A stretch of 64,000 bases of DNA from Patescibacteria group bacterium (GCA_024654525.1 JANLHI010000030.1:2886-66885), one strand, 5' to 3'; counted from the first letter of the stretch, positions 47,747 through 58,010 are shown. The notes: generated from the sequence alone by a model not told the origin. Made by a program: numbers and translations.

Positions 47747-49057
47747 ATGAGAATTTATTTGCGAAATATTTTACGCGGGAGTTTGGCGCTACTTGCACGT
47801 CTTACGATATGGCGTTTTAGTCCGGGTGTGGTGGGAGTTACGGGAAGTGTAGGGAAAACATCTGCTAAAATCGCAATCGCTGCCGTGCTTAGAAGTGGAA
47901 GGCGTGTGCGTGCGGCGCGAGGAAACCTTAATAATGATTTTGGACTCCCCCTTACTATTCTTGGAGATTGGTCTGAGCGTGATGCGGTATTGGTGAGCAG
48001 AGAGGGTTCGAGGGGGCATTTGTTTCGCAAATCGTGGTTTTGGTGCAGGGTATTGTGCGGGAGTGTAGTAAGGCTTATTTTCTATCCAAAAAAGTCTTAT
48101 CCGGAAATTTTGGTTTTGGAATATGGTGCTGATAAGCCGGGAGATATTAAATATCTCCTTTCTATTGCGCGTCCGAGTGTGGCGGTAATCACCGCGGTGG
48201 GAACTATTCCGGTACATGTGGAATTTTATTCCGGGCAGGAAGAAGTCGCTCGTGAAAAGGCGCGGCTTATTGAAGCGCTTCCCGCGGCGGGATTTGCCGT
48301 TTTAAACCATGATGACAATACGGTTATGCGTCTTCAGGAGAGAACGCGCGCGCATGTTACAACCTTCGGTTTTGAAAAAGGATCGGAAGTCATTTTGACT
48401 CGCTTTGAACATCGCATTATAGACGGTCGTCCCGTAGGAGTATCGTTCAAGATTGAGCATATTAAGAGCTTTGTACCTGTACGAATAGACGGGGTATTTG
48501 GTAGGGCGCATGCGTATGCGGCCGGTGCGGCAACGGCGGTTGGTTTGATTTTCGGAATGAACCTTGTTGCCATCTCGGAATCTTTGCAGCACTATGTTTC
48601 TGCGCCGGGAAGAATGGATTTGAAAAAATCGGTTCGCGACTCGTATCTTCTTAATGATTCTTATAACGCAAGTCCGCTTTCCATGCGTGCGGCGCTTGCA
48701 ACGTTACGCGATCTTCCGGGTAAGCGGAAAATTGCGATTCTTGGTGATATGCTTGAGGTAGGAAAATATGCGATTGATGCGCATAGAGAGGTGGGACGAT
48801 TCGCTGAAAAGTGCGCCGATATTCTTATTACCGTGGGTCCGAGAGGAAAATTTATTGCCGAAGCGGCAATGCGTGCGGGGATGCATCGTGATAAGGTGAT
48901 GAGCTTTGATGAAGCGGAGGAGGTTATTCCTATGATCGACGAAGAGCTTCGCACGGGGGATTTGGTTTTAGTGAAGGGGTCGCATGCAATGCTTCTTGAC
49001 CAGATTGCTAAGGCGATTGATGTTGAAAATGACATTCCCACCGCTATTCCTGCGTGA
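47747..49057 (+). CDS. murF: UDP-MurNAc-tripeptide:D-Ala-D-Ala ligase
   Basis: TGSVGKTS, NNDFGLP, DSYNASP, GDMLE, KGS. Confidence 0.92.
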   Translation: MRIYLRNILRGSLALLARLTIWRFSPGVVGVTGSVGKTSAKIAIAAVLRSGRRVRAARGNLNNDFGLPLTILGDWSERDAVLVSREGSRGHLFRKSWFWCRVLCGSVVRLIFYPKKSYPEILVLEYGADKPGDIKYLLSIARPSVAVITAVGTIPVHVEFYSGQEEVAREKARLIEALPAAGFAVLNHDDNTVMRLQERTRAHVTTFGFEKGSEVILTRFEHRIIDGRPVGVSFKIEHIKSFVPVRIDGVFGRAHAYAAGAATAVGLIFGMNLVAISESLQHYVSAPGRMDLKKSVRDSYLLNDSYNASPLSMRAALATLRDLPGKRKIAILGDMLEVGKYAIDAHREVGRFAEKCADILITVGPRGKFIAEAAMRAGMHRDKVMSFDEAEEVIPMIDEELRTGDLVLVKGSHAMLLDQIAKAIDVENDIPTAIPA

Positions 49058-49164
49058 TAATGGTTGCGCTAATATAGGGCGAAAAATGTCGATTTTAAGA
49101 TGTATTTGTCGGTCTCTCGTTTGTTTCGTGTCGAAATTACGCTATTATTACTTTTGTTTGAATA

Positions 49165-49237
49165 GGCCCCATCGTCTAGTGGCCTAGGACACTGCGTTCT
49201 CAGCGCAGGAACAGGGGTTCGATTCCCCTTGGGGCTA
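49165..49237 (+). tRNA. tRNA-Glu(CTC)
   Basis: GGCCCCA/TGGGGCT acceptor, CTGCG-TTCTCAG-CGCAG. Confidence 0.94.
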
Positions 49238-49242
49238 CACAT

Positions 49243-50475
49243 ATGTTGAAATATCTCATAGCTTTTGGAGGTGTCGTTGCGGTTATCATCCTTGTAATAA
49301 ATACTCAGGTTCCGTTTTCGAGTGTTGTGAATGAACCTAGTGTAGTGGTGGCGACAAGCACTGTTGTTCTCACACCTGAAACGACAAGTACTGAAAAAGT
49401 TATTGTGATTCCCGCACCTCACCTTTCTTCATCGACATTAAAAAAAGACAATGTTGTTTCTCCTGTAGTTTTACCACCACAGGAACCTCCGATATCTTCT
49501 GTAGTGTCTCCGGTCGTTGCGGTACCCGTAATTTCTTCTCCTCCTATTACGACTGCAACAAGTTCATTTGAAATTATTGCAACGTCTTCCATTCCGGCAA
49601 TACTGGAAGATGAGGAGAGGGAATTATCCGCAAAAACGATTGTAGGGTTGCTTTGCGTATATACATTTACCAATTCTTCCCTCGCGCAACTCTATGGAGA
49701 AGGGAATGAGGTGATATATGCAAAAGGAAGTGGCGTTATAGTAAATCCGGAAGGATATGTTATCACGGCGCGACATGTAGTGGATCCTGCGTGGTATTTA
49801 TGGGCATATGGGGCGGATTCTGCGGAGGAAACGGAGTTGTACCAAAGCATGAAGTTTTCTCATTGTGAAGTGGGTACACCGACTGTGAGCGAATTGCCTA
49901 CGGTAGACGATATTCGTGTATTCAATCCTCAACTAGAACTTCCCCATCCGTTTCCGTATCTTGCGGAGTTGTATTTTGTCCCGCCGCGCGGGGAAATGAG
50001 TGATCGTGAATATAAAAATATAGACTTCGCGATTTTAAAAATAAACAAACCGCGCAAGGATTGCGAAGTATTTAATCTCTGCACACTTCCCGAGAAATTT
50101 CCATACAGCCCTGTTCTTTATAAAAAGCTTCCTCCGCTTCAATCCGAAGTGTTGAATTTCGGTTACCCGGTGGAATTGATAAACAGCTCCGGTGGCGCAT
50201 TTACTAACTTTTTTCTGAAAGGAGCAGTGGGGATTCTTGATGGAATAGTGGAAGGGGATAAAGCGTTTATTAGTACGCCGATTTATATTCGATGGCGTGC
50301 GGATGATGTGTTGCCGGGACGGTCTGGGTCCCCGATATTTCTTGATGGATATGTGATAGGAATCGAATATGCGGGACTTACCGCGAATGTTACCGAAAAT
50401 TTTGGAGTGAGTGTGATAGGTATACAGCGTGTGTTGGAATTGAGCGGTCTTGGAAATTTACTTTCAACGGAGTAG
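49243..50475 (+). CDS. Membrane-anchored trypsin-like serine protease
   Basis: GSGVIV...TARHV, DFAILKI, GRSGSP; Pro/Ser/Thr-rich linker. Confidence 0.85.
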   Translation: MLKYLIAFGGVVAVIILVINTQVPFSSVVNEPSVVVATSTVVLTPETTSTEKVIVIPAPHLSSSTLKKDNVVSPVVLPPQEPPISSVVSPVVAVPVISSPPITTATSSFEIIATSSIPAILEDEERELSAKTIVGLLCVYTFTNSSLAQLYGEGNEVIYAKGSGVIVNPEGYVITARHVVDPAWYLWAYGADSAEETELYQSMKFSHCEVGTPTVSELPTVDDIRVFNPQLELPHPFPYLAELYFVPPRGEMSDREYKNIDFAILKINKPRKDCEVFNLCTLPEKFPYSPVLYKKLPPLQSEVLNFGYPVELINSSGGAFTNFFLKGAVGILDGIVEGDKAFISTPIYIRWRADDVLPGRSGSPIFLDGYVIGIEYAGLTANVTENFGVSVIGIQRVLELSGLGNLLSTE

Positions 50476-50499
50476 GACTCGGTATGCTAAAATCCTTGT

Positions 50500-51258
50500 A
50501 TGGAGGCGAAAAAACTTATTGTCGGCAATTGGAAAATGAATCCCGCTACTTTGAAGGAGGCGGAGGAACTTGCGAGAAGGACTGATGCGGATTCTAAGAG
50601 GTTGAAAAACGTCGAAGTGGTGGTTGCACCTCCATTTCCTTTTTTGACGGATGTTCGTCGTATGGCAAAAAATATAAAGCTTGCGGCGCAGGATGTTTCA
50701 TGGGAGGAGCAGGGGGCGTTTACGGGAGAAGTTTCTCCCACAATGCTTTTAAATCTGAACGTGGAATACGTCATTGTGGGACATTCGGAACGCCGTGCTA
50801 TGGGAGAAGGCGACGAGGTAATAAATAAAAAATGCAGTGCCGCGCGTAGGCACGGACTCAATGTGATTCTTTGCGTAGGAGAATCCATTGATATTCGGAG
50901 AAAGGGATTTGGTGCGGCAAAAAAATTTGTAGAGAAGCAAATCCTTGAAGGATTAAAGGGAATTGAAAAAGGGAAAGACGGAAACGAAGGAGAGGTTGTT
51001 ATTGCGTATGAGCCACTTTGGGCAGTGGGAACCGGAACCGCAGATTCTCCTGATGATGCGGTAATAATGATTTGTTTCATAAAATCAATTCTCGATTCAA
51101 TACTCCGCACTTCCCATTCCCGTGTTTTATATGGTGGTTCTGTTACTCCCGAAAATGCGCGGGGGTTTTTAGAAAATGGAGAAATCGATGGTGCGCTTAT
51201 AGGCCGCATAAGCCTGAAATTCGAAGCATTTGGCAAGATTTTGAAGATTTTGGGGTAG
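50500..51258 (+). CDS. tpiA: Triosephosphate isomerase
   Basis: GNWKMN, GHSERR, AYEPLWAVGTG, YGGSV. Confidence 0.97.
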   Translation: MEAKKLIVGNWKMNPATLKEAEELARRTDADSKRLKNVEVVVAPPFPFLTDVRRMAKNIKLAAQDVSWEEQGAFTGEVSPTMLLNLNVEYVIVGHSERRAMGEGDEVINKKCSAARRHGLNVILCVGESIDIRRKGFGAAKKFVEKQILEGLKGIEKGKDGNEGEVVIAYEPLWAVGTGTADSPDDAVIMICFIKSILDSILRTSHSRVLYGGSVTPENARGFLENGEIDGALIGRISLKFEAFGKILKILG

Positions 51259-51326
51259 TGTGGTAGTATGCTTCCAATTAAAGGTCAATGTGTTCGTAAA
51301 TTAATCGTTACTCATTATTACTTAAT

Positions 51327-52094
51327 ATGCACGATACAAAGTTGAAGAGTTATTTTTGGTTTTTACTTGATGTGTTATTGCTTGTGTTTATCGTATGCGC
51401 GTTGTTTTACGCAATTCCGGCAATACGGAAGTTTGGAAAGTCGTTTTCACCTGCGCGGACAATAGTGGTTTCCGCAGAGGGTAAAACAATCGCAGTACCC
51501 GACATTGCGGAGCTCTCTTTCTCGGTAGTGTCGCAGGGGAAAAATCCCAGCGATCTTTCGGAAAGTAATAGTCAGAAGATGAACGCGGTTGCGGAGTTTG
51601 TGAAAGGAGAGGGGATTGCGGATGAGGATATAAAGACTACCGCGTATTCGCTTTCGCCAAGTTATCGGCATGATTATTCCACGCAAAGGAATTTCATTAC
51701 CGGGTACTCGTTGACACAGACGCTTACTATTAAGGTTCGCGAATTGGACAAGGTTGCGAACATTATCGCAGGACTTACTCCGCTTGGCGTGAACCAGATC
51801 GGAGGTGTAAATTTTACGGTTGAAGATCCCGAAAGATATCTGAGTGATGCGCGAAAAAATGCGTTCGAAAAAGTTCAAATAAAAGCTCGTGAGATTGCCG
51901 AAGATGCCGGAGTATTGCTTGGAGATGTTGTGAATGCTTCGGAATATCAGAATTACCCTCCTGTCCCGTATTTAATGTCTGCAAGCGCCGAAGCTCTTGG
52001 GCGCGGAGGATCGAGTGCTCCGACGGTACCGACGATTGAACCGGGGACAACCGAAGTAACGTTGAACGTTTCGGTTACGTACGAAATTCGCTAA
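51327..52094 (+). CDS. SIMPL (DUF541) domain protein
   Basis: VSAEGK...PDIA, IKT..YSLSP, IEPG...V.Y. Confidence 0.88.
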   Translation: MHDTKLKSYFWFLLDVLLLVFIVCALFYAIPAIRKFGKSFSPARTIVVSAEGKTIAVPDIAELSFSVVSQGKNPSDLSESNSQKMNAVAEFVKGEGIADEDIKTTAYSLSPSYRHDYSTQRNFITGYSLTQTLTIKVRELDKVANIIAGLTPLGVNQIGGVNFTVEDPERYLSDARKNAFEKVQIKAREIAEDAGVLLGDVVNASEYQNYPPVPYLMSASAEALGRGGSSAPTVPTIEPGTTEVTLNVSVTYEIR

Positions 52095-52104
52095 ACAGGT
52101 ACGA

Positions 52105-52761
52105 ATGATACGAAAGGATTTTGTAATCGTAACAAGTATTGGTGTCGCGATTGGTATATTGGCGCAACCCATACTTACTAATGTAGTACCCGTAATAACT
52201 CCCGCTCTGCGAGCGGGAGTTATTATTGGATGCACGGTATTTTCGCCATTTGCGCTTTTTGTTGCTTATTTTTTGGGGTTGCGTGTCCCCGCGCTTTACC
52301 AATTTGCAAAATTTGGCGCGGTCGGAACGCTTAATACGCTTATCAGTTTTGGGCTCTTGAATCTGCAATCACTCGTTTTCCATGTTACGTCGGGAATGCT
52401 GATACCGGTGTTTGCAACCGTGGCATTTGTCGGAGCGACAACGAATAGTTTTTTTTGGAATAAATTTTGGACATTTGGATCTCGGGAAAATGCGCATACG
52501 GGAGAAGCATTTAAATTTTATCTTGTTTCGTTTATTGGGTGGGGTGTCAATGTGAGTACGGTTTCTTTTGTGGTGAATGTTATTCCCCATTCAGGCATTT
52601 CCCCTGAAATATGGTTGAATGTCGGAGGTCTTTGCGGCGTTGCCGCATCGTTCCTTCTGAATTTCTTAGGGTACAAATTTTGGGTATTTAAGAATCACTC
52701 ATCAGTACCTGTTACCCTTAAGAAAAAAACACCGGAGGTGGCACAAATCCTAGGCGAGTGA
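52105..52761 (+). CDS. GtrA family membrane protein
   Basis: KFGAVG, SFFWNKFWTF, NFLGYKFWVF. Confidence 0.88.
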   Translation: MIRKDFVIVTSIGVAIGILAQPILTNVVPVITPALRAGVIIGCTVFSPFALFVAYFLGLRVPALYQFAKFGAVGTLNTLISFGLLNLQSLVFHVTSGMLIPVFATVAFVGATTNSFFWNKFWTFGSRENAHTGEAFKFYLVSFIGWGVNVSTVSFVVNVIPHSGISPEIWLNVGGLCGVAASFLLNFLGYKFWVFKNHSSVPVTLKKKTPEVAQILGE

Positions 52762-52937
52762 ATGGTTTATCGAGGGAGTTGACCCTGGTAGTGAAACTGG
52801 GAATAAAAACTCTTAGGTGCTTGTAGTGTTATTGTCGACTTGACTTTCTATACTTATTTCTGCTATAATGCTAGCGAATGAGTGTGAGTATGCCTTAACG
52901 ACGATATCGATTAAGGTATGCGCTATCCAACTGTTTG

Positions 52938-52970
52938 ACCCCGCCCCTCGCAAGAGGGGCGGGGTTTTTT
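52938..52970 (+). terminator. Strong intrinsic terminator
   Basis: ACCCCGCCCCTC-GCAA-GAGGGGCGGGGT-TTTTT. Confidence 0.85.
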
Positions 52971-53040
52971 ATTATCATTGCGGATTATCCCCTGGCAGAA
53001 GAAGGTTTTTAATTAGTAGTCTCTTTGCTATGATATGTAG

Positions 53041-53172
53041 GGAACGGCTGGAGAGCTTGTGGCCATCTCAAGGGTCGCAAGCGAGCACTCATTCAATATC
53101 AAACAGAATTGGAGGTCACCACTTGCGACCCTTTAGGTGGCTTTTCCCGAAAGGGTGCCCACCGGCCGTTCC
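53041..53172 (+). ncRNA. Candidate rod-shaped ncRNA (6S-like)
   Basis: GGAACGGCTGG/CCGGCCGTTCC closing stem, internal bubble, AAGGGTCGCAAG/CTTGCGACCCTT stem; TATGAT -10 at about 53029. Confidence 0.55.
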
Positions 53173-53178
53173 AGAGTT

Positions 53179-54111
53179 ATGATCCGATTTCAAGAAAATG
53201 TTTCTCTTGCCGGGTGTGTGGCATACAAGATCGGCGGCCATGCCCGGTATTTTTTTAATGCGAATACAGTCGAAGGTCTTTTTGGCGCGCTTAAATTTGC
53301 AAAGGAGAAAAAAATAAAAATATTTATACTGGGAGAAGGGACTAATCTTTTAGTTGGAGACAAGGGGTTTAAAGGGCTTGTGATTCATCCGGATTTTAAG
53401 GACATCGCTTCACGTGGGGCGTTTGTCGAAGTTGGCGCGGGAATATCCATGAAGGAATTAGTTTCTTTTGCGATAACGCGCGGATTGTCTGGTCTCGAAT
53501 GGGCGGGAGGACTTCCCGGATCTGTCGGAGGTGCGATTCGGGGGAATGCGGGCGCATTCGGAGGGGAGATAAAGGATTCCGTTATTGCGGTAAAAAGTGT
53601 GGATACCGTTGCTATCAAGGAAAAATTTTATTCCAATAGTATGTGCAAATTTGGGTATAGGTCGAGTATTTTTAAATTAAAAAAAGAAAAAGATATTGTG
53701 ATAAGTGTGATATTTAAACTTAAAAAAGGGAATATGAAAGTGATTCGGAAGGCAACTATGGAAAGAATAATACATCGGAAGAAGAAGCATCCTTTAGAAT
53801 TTCCGAATGTAGGGAGTATTTTTAAAAATGTCGATGTAAAAAAAGTTTCAAAGGCGTTGCGTGTTCAGTTTGCGCATGTGATTAAGAAGGATCCATTTCC
53901 CGTAATTCCCGCGGCGTGTCTTATTTCCGAGGCGGGAATGAAGGGTGTTCGTGTTGGTGATGCGGAGATTTCCACAAAACATCCGAACTTTATAATAAAT
54001 AAAAAAAAGGCAACCGCTGATGACGTAAAAAAGCTTATTGCCTGCGTAACGCGTGCAGTAGATAAGAAATTTAATGTGGTGCTGGAAGCCGAAGTTCAGA
54101 TACTGGATTAG
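53179..54111 (+). CDS. murB: UDP-N-acetylmuramate dehydrogenase
   Basis: IGG.A, GEGTN, GLE...PGSVGGA..GNAGA, YRSS, GSIFKN, E.EV. Confidence 0.95.
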   Translation: MIRFQENVSLAGCVAYKIGGHARYFFNANTVEGLFGALKFAKEKKIKIFILGEGTNLLVGDKGFKGLVIHPDFKDIASRGAFVEVGAGISMKELVSFAITRGLSGLEWAGGLPGSVGGAIRGNAGAFGGEIKDSVIAVKSVDTVAIKEKFYSNSMCKFGYRSSIFKLKKEKDIVISVIFKLKKGNMKVIRKATMERIIHRKKKHPLEFPNVGSIFKNVDVKKVSKALRVQFAHVIKKDPFPVIPAACLISEAGMKGVRVGDAEISTKHPNFIINKKKATADDVKKLIACVTRAVDKKFNVVLEAEVQILD

Positions 54112-54181
54112 AGCAATAAGGACTGGGTGGATGCATAAGAGACCTTTTTCTCTACTGGAAAAGGAGTGATATACTGTAAGT

Positions 54182-54529
54182 ATGAATCTTAATTTTAAAG
54201 CAGTCGGGTTTGAATGGACTCCCGCATTGGAGACGTTTGTCCAAAAAAAGTTGTCGACATTGGAAAAGTTTGTGAAACGGTTCGATACGGAGGGGGGAGT
54301 TGAGTTGCGTGTAGAGATATCAAAGACCACACATCATCATAAAAAAGGGGAGATATTTCGTGCTGTCGCAAATCTTCACTTGCCAAAACAATTGCTTCGC
54401 GCGGAAGAGAGTGCGGAGGATTTGAGGGTTGCAATTGATCGTTTGCACCATATTATGGAGCTTGAAATTACGAAATATAAAACACGATTTATTGAAAGAC
54501 CGAGAAAGACTGTACCTCGTAAAAAATAG
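54182..54529 (+). CDS. hpf: Ribosome hibernation factor (HPF/RaiA)
   Basis: T.AL..FV..KL, HHKKG, DL..AID. Confidence 0.88.
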   Translation: MNLNFKAVGFEWTPALETFVQKKLSTLEKFVKRFDTEGGVELRVEISKTTHHHKKGEIFRAVANLHLPKQLLRAEESAEDLRVAIDRLHHIMELEITKYKTRFIERPRKTVPRKK

Positions 54530-54618
54530 AATTTTACCATTTGCATTTTCTTTACCCCTCATTCGTTGCCTGAAACTTGTCTTCGGGGTATAGTTCTCAC
54601 GCAGTAATTACCCTCTCT

Positions 54619-57270
54619 ATGCTTGGATTTGTTAAAAATATCTTCCATGGGAAGAAGGTTGATGTGCTTCGCAAACGTGCGGAGGAAATTGGCGCGCTTG
54701 AGCCGGAAATACAACAACTTTCGGATGAAGCGATTCGAGAAGAGAGCGCTAAATTAAAGGAATCCGTAAAAAATGGAATTTCGCTTGACGATATATTACC
54801 TCGTGCTTTTGCATTAGTGCGCGAAGCCGCGCGCCGAACATTGGGACAACGTCCCTACGATGTGCAGCTTATAGGAGGAATCGTGCTTCATGAGGGTGGT
54901 ATTGCCGAGATGATGACCGGTGAAGGAAAAACACTTGCGGGAGTAGCGCCTGCATATTTAAATACGCTTGCAGGAAATGGTGTGCATGTCGTGACGGTGA
55001 ACGAGTATTTGGCGAGACGTGATGCGGTATGGATGGGGCAGATTTATCGTGCATTGGGTCTTTCGGTGGCGTGTCTTGTGCCGAATACCGCATATCTTTA
55101 CGATCCCGATTACAAGGCTCCGGAGGAATCTGTAAAATCAGGGAGTGAAGAGACGAAAATCGGAGAATCGGCATTACTGGATAAGGAGCGTGATATTACG
55201 GGGAGTTTTCTGGTACAACAGGAATTTCTCCGTCCTATTTCCCGCAGAGAAGCGTATCTTGCGGATATCACGTATGGCACGAATCACGAATTCGGATTTG
55301 ACTATTTACGAGATAATCTTGCGCATGGATTATTCGATCAGGTGCAGTCTGCGCGTGGAGGATATAATTTTGCGATTATTGACGAAGTGGATAGTATTTT
55401 GATAGATGAGGCGCGAACGCCTCTTATTATCGCTGCGCCGGATTCGGAATCGAGTGAATTTTATAAAACATTTGCGCGTATAGTACGTGACTTACAGCCC
55501 GAAACTCATTATACAGTTGATGAAAAATTTAAAGCGGTAAGCATTACTAATGATGGTATAGAGAAGGTGGAATCGCTTGTGGGTATACAGGATTTATATG
55601 CACCTCAAAATCTTCGTTTAGTGCATTATCTTGAGGAAAGCTTGAAGGCAAAGGCATTGTTTCATCGCGATAAAGAATATGTGGTAAAAAACGGGGAAAT
55701 TATTCTTGTGGACGAATTTACGGGGCGTCTTTTGCAAGGGAGGCGTTACAGTGCGGGGCTCCATCAGGCAATCGAGGCGAAAGAGGGAGTCACGGTACAG
55801 CAGGAGTCAAAGACATATGCGCGTGTTTCGATTCAAAACTATTTCCGGCTTTACCGCAAACTTGCGGGTATGACTGGGACGGCACAGACTTCCGCGGAAG
55901 AATTTCATAAGGTGTACGGTATGGAAGTGATAAGTATCCCTCCGAATAAGCCGTGTACTCGAAAAGATGCGGGAGATTTGATTTATAAAACCGCGTTGGC
56001 AAAATGGGAAGCGGTTGCGCGAGATGTAAAATCAGCGCATGAAAAAGGACAACCGGTGTTGGTGGGAACTACCTCTATCTCGAAAAATGAATTACTCTCG
56101 GCGTTATTACATAAGCATCACGTACCGCATGAAGTATTGAATGCAAAAAACAACGAGCGGGAAGGTGCGATTATTGCGCAGGCGGGACGGTGGGGCGCGG
56201 TGACGGTGGCAACAAACATGGCGGGGCGCGGTGTGGATATTATTCTTGGGGGTAATCCGTTTAGCGCCGATGATGCAAAGAAAGTGTGTGAGGCGGGTGG
56301 GCTTGGAGTTATCGGAACCGAACGGCACGAAGCGCGCCGTATAGATAATCAGCTTCGTGGACGTGCGGGGCGTCAAGGAGACCCGGGTTTTTCGCAGTTC
56401 TATCTTTCACTCGAAGATGATCTTATGCGCATATTTGGTGGAAGCATGATTAAGGGAATTATGGATAAGTTTGATCTTCCTGATGACCAGCCGATTGAGG
56501 CGGGGATTGTGTCAAAAGCGGTTGCGCAAGCGCAGTCGAAAGTGGAAGGCGCCACGTTTGATATGCGAAAGCACTTATTGGAATACGATGATGTGTTAAA
56601 CAAACAACGAACGGCGGTGTATCGGCGTCGACAGGAAATTCTAGAAAGCATGAATAAAGGTGAATTGAGTCGGTTGGTGTTTGAGGCAGCTGAGGGACAT
56701 ACTAAAATGATTGTTCCGCAAGGATTTGCGGAAGAGGCCGAGTTTTCTGATGAGGTGAAGGAAATGTTAAAAAAAGGATTCGAGGAAGCGGGAATTATTG
56801 CGACGAACGATGAATTACGTATTACGAATTACGCTGGGATTAAGGATATTATCTCGAAACGTAGTATTGAAGCATCGGCAGACCCGCAAACTTTTTCACG
56901 TGCATTGAGTATTTTGGATATGCTTTGGATGAGTCATCTTGAAGATCTTGATGCGCTTTCAGAATCTGTTGGTCTTCGTGCATATGGTCAGCGCGATCCG
57001 CTTGTGGAATATCGGCAAGAGGCGCATCGGCTTTTCACTAACTTTTGGGTAAACTTCAATGCGTGGATATTTTTAAATATTTTTAAATTGGCGAATCCAG
57101 TGGACGGTACCCGAAAGGTAGTCGATAATGAGGCAGTGCAGAGCCAACTTTCTAGAATCGGGCTATCTCCCGGATCTTTCGCGAATGTAGGACGCAACGA
57201 TCCATGTCCGTGCGGGGCGAAACATGCTGACGGACGACCGATGAAATATAAGCATTGTCATGGGGCGTAG
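54619..57270 (+). CDS. secA: Preprotein translocase SecA
   Basis: MTGEGKT, DEVDSILIDEART, ATNMAGRG, RGRAGRQGD, GRNDPCPCG. Confidence 0.98.
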   Translation: MLGFVKNIFHGKKVDVLRKRAEEIGALEPEIQQLSDEAIREESAKLKESVKNGISLDDILPRAFALVREAARRTLGQRPYDVQLIGGIVLHEGGIAEMMTGEGKTLAGVAPAYLNTLAGNGVHVVTVNEYLARRDAVWMGQIYRALGLSVACLVPNTAYLYDPDYKAPEESVKSGSEETKIGESALLDKERDITGSFLVQQEFLRPISRREAYLADITYGTNHEFGFDYLRDNLAHGLFDQVQSARGGYNFAIIDEVDSILIDEARTPLIIAAPDSESSEFYKTFARIVRDLQPETHYTVDEKFKAVSITNDGIEKVESLVGIQDLYAPQNLRLVHYLEESLKAKALFHRDKEYVVKNGEIILVDEFTGRLLQGRRYSAGLHQAIEAKEGVTVQQESKTYARVSIQNYFRLYRKLAGMTGTAQTSAEEFHKVYGMEVISIPPNKPCTRKDAGDLIYKTALAKWEAVARDVKSAHEKGQPVLVGTTSISKNELLSALLHKHHVPHEVLNAKNNEREGAIIAQAGRWGAVTVATNMAGRGVDIILGGNPFSADDAKKVCEAGGLGVIGTERHEARRIDNQLRGRAGRQGDPGFSQFYLSLEDDLMRIFGGSMIKGIMDKFDLPDDQPIEAGIVSKAVAQAQSKVEGATFDMRKHLLEYDDVLNKQRTAVYRRRQEILESMNKGELSRLVFEAAEGHTKMIVPQGFAEEAEFSDEVKEMLKKGFEEAGIIATNDELRITNYAGIKDIISKRSIEASADPQTFSRALSILDMLWMSHLEDLDALSESVGLRAYGQRDPLVEYRQEAHRLFTNFWVNFNAWIFLNIFKLANPVDGTRKVVDNEAVQSQLSRIGLSPGSFANVGRNDPCPCGAKHADGRPMKYKHCHGA

Positions 57271-57315
57271 GAATTATTGAGGTTTAACCTCAATAATTCA
57301 ATTACATTAAATCCA

Positions 57316-57762
57316 ATGCCAAAGGAACGTTTTAAGTTAATTCCTTCCGTATATCTTCTCCTTGTAAAGGATGGCAAAATTCTATTGTCGCGCAGATTTC
57401 AAACGGGATTTGAAGATGGAAAGTATGGCTTGCCTAGCGGGCACGCCGAAGAGAAAGAAACAATGCGGGAAGCTATGGTGCGTGAGATTCAAGAAGAGAT
57501 TGGGGCGCAAGTCGCAATTGAAGACCTTGAGTTTGCGCACATGATGCATCGGTCCTGCGGTGATCATGAGCGTATTGATTTTTTCTTTGTGGTGAAAAAA
57601 TGGAACGAGGAACCGAAAAATATGGAACCCGAGAAATGCGATGATTTAAGTTGGTTTTTGTTGGATAATCTTCCGGATAGTACGATTCCATATATTCGAC
57701 AGGCGATTGAGAGTTTTGTAAACAAAATTCCTTATTCTGAATTTGGGTGGGAGGAAAGATAA
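57316..57762 (+). CDS. Nudix hydrolase
   Basis: PSGHAE...REIQEEIG, EPEKCD. Confidence 0.9.
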   Translation: MPKERFKLIPSVYLLLVKDGKILLSRRFQTGFEDGKYGLPSGHAEEKETMREAMVREIQEEIGAQVAIEDLEFAHMMHRSCGDHERIDFFFVVKKWNEEPKNMEPEKCDDLSWFLLDNLPDSTIPYIRQAIESFVNKIPYSEFGWEER

Positions 57763-57766
57763 TTTT

Positions 57767-58006
57767 ATGCTTAAACCGGGAGTATATCGGCACTACAAAG
57801 GGAAACAATACAAAGTATTGGGTGTTGCGCTTCATACGGAAACTCGAGAGAAAATGGTGTTGTATAAGGCGCTCTATGATTGTCCCGATTTAAAAGAAGA
57901 ATTTGGCGATGATCCGCTGTTTGTGCGTCCTTATAATATGTTTGTGGAAGAAGTAGAGGTAGACGGCATAAAGAAACCCCGCTTTGAATGGGTGCGGGAA
58001 ATATAG
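57767..58006 (+). CDS. DUF1653 family protein
   Basis: YRHYKG..Y, HTET, YKALY, VRP..MF, PRF. Confidence 0.88.
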   Translation: MLKPGVYRHYKGKQYKVLGVALHTETREKMVLYKALYDCPDLKEEFGDDPLFVRPYNMFVEEVEVDGIKKPRFEWVREI

Positions 58007-58010
58007 AGTG

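Noticed and set aside
53137-53178. Longer murB N-terminus and the ORF at 52868-53182
   Set aside because: They overlap a strong terminator and the structured RNA; the MurB-like sequence starts at ATG 53179.
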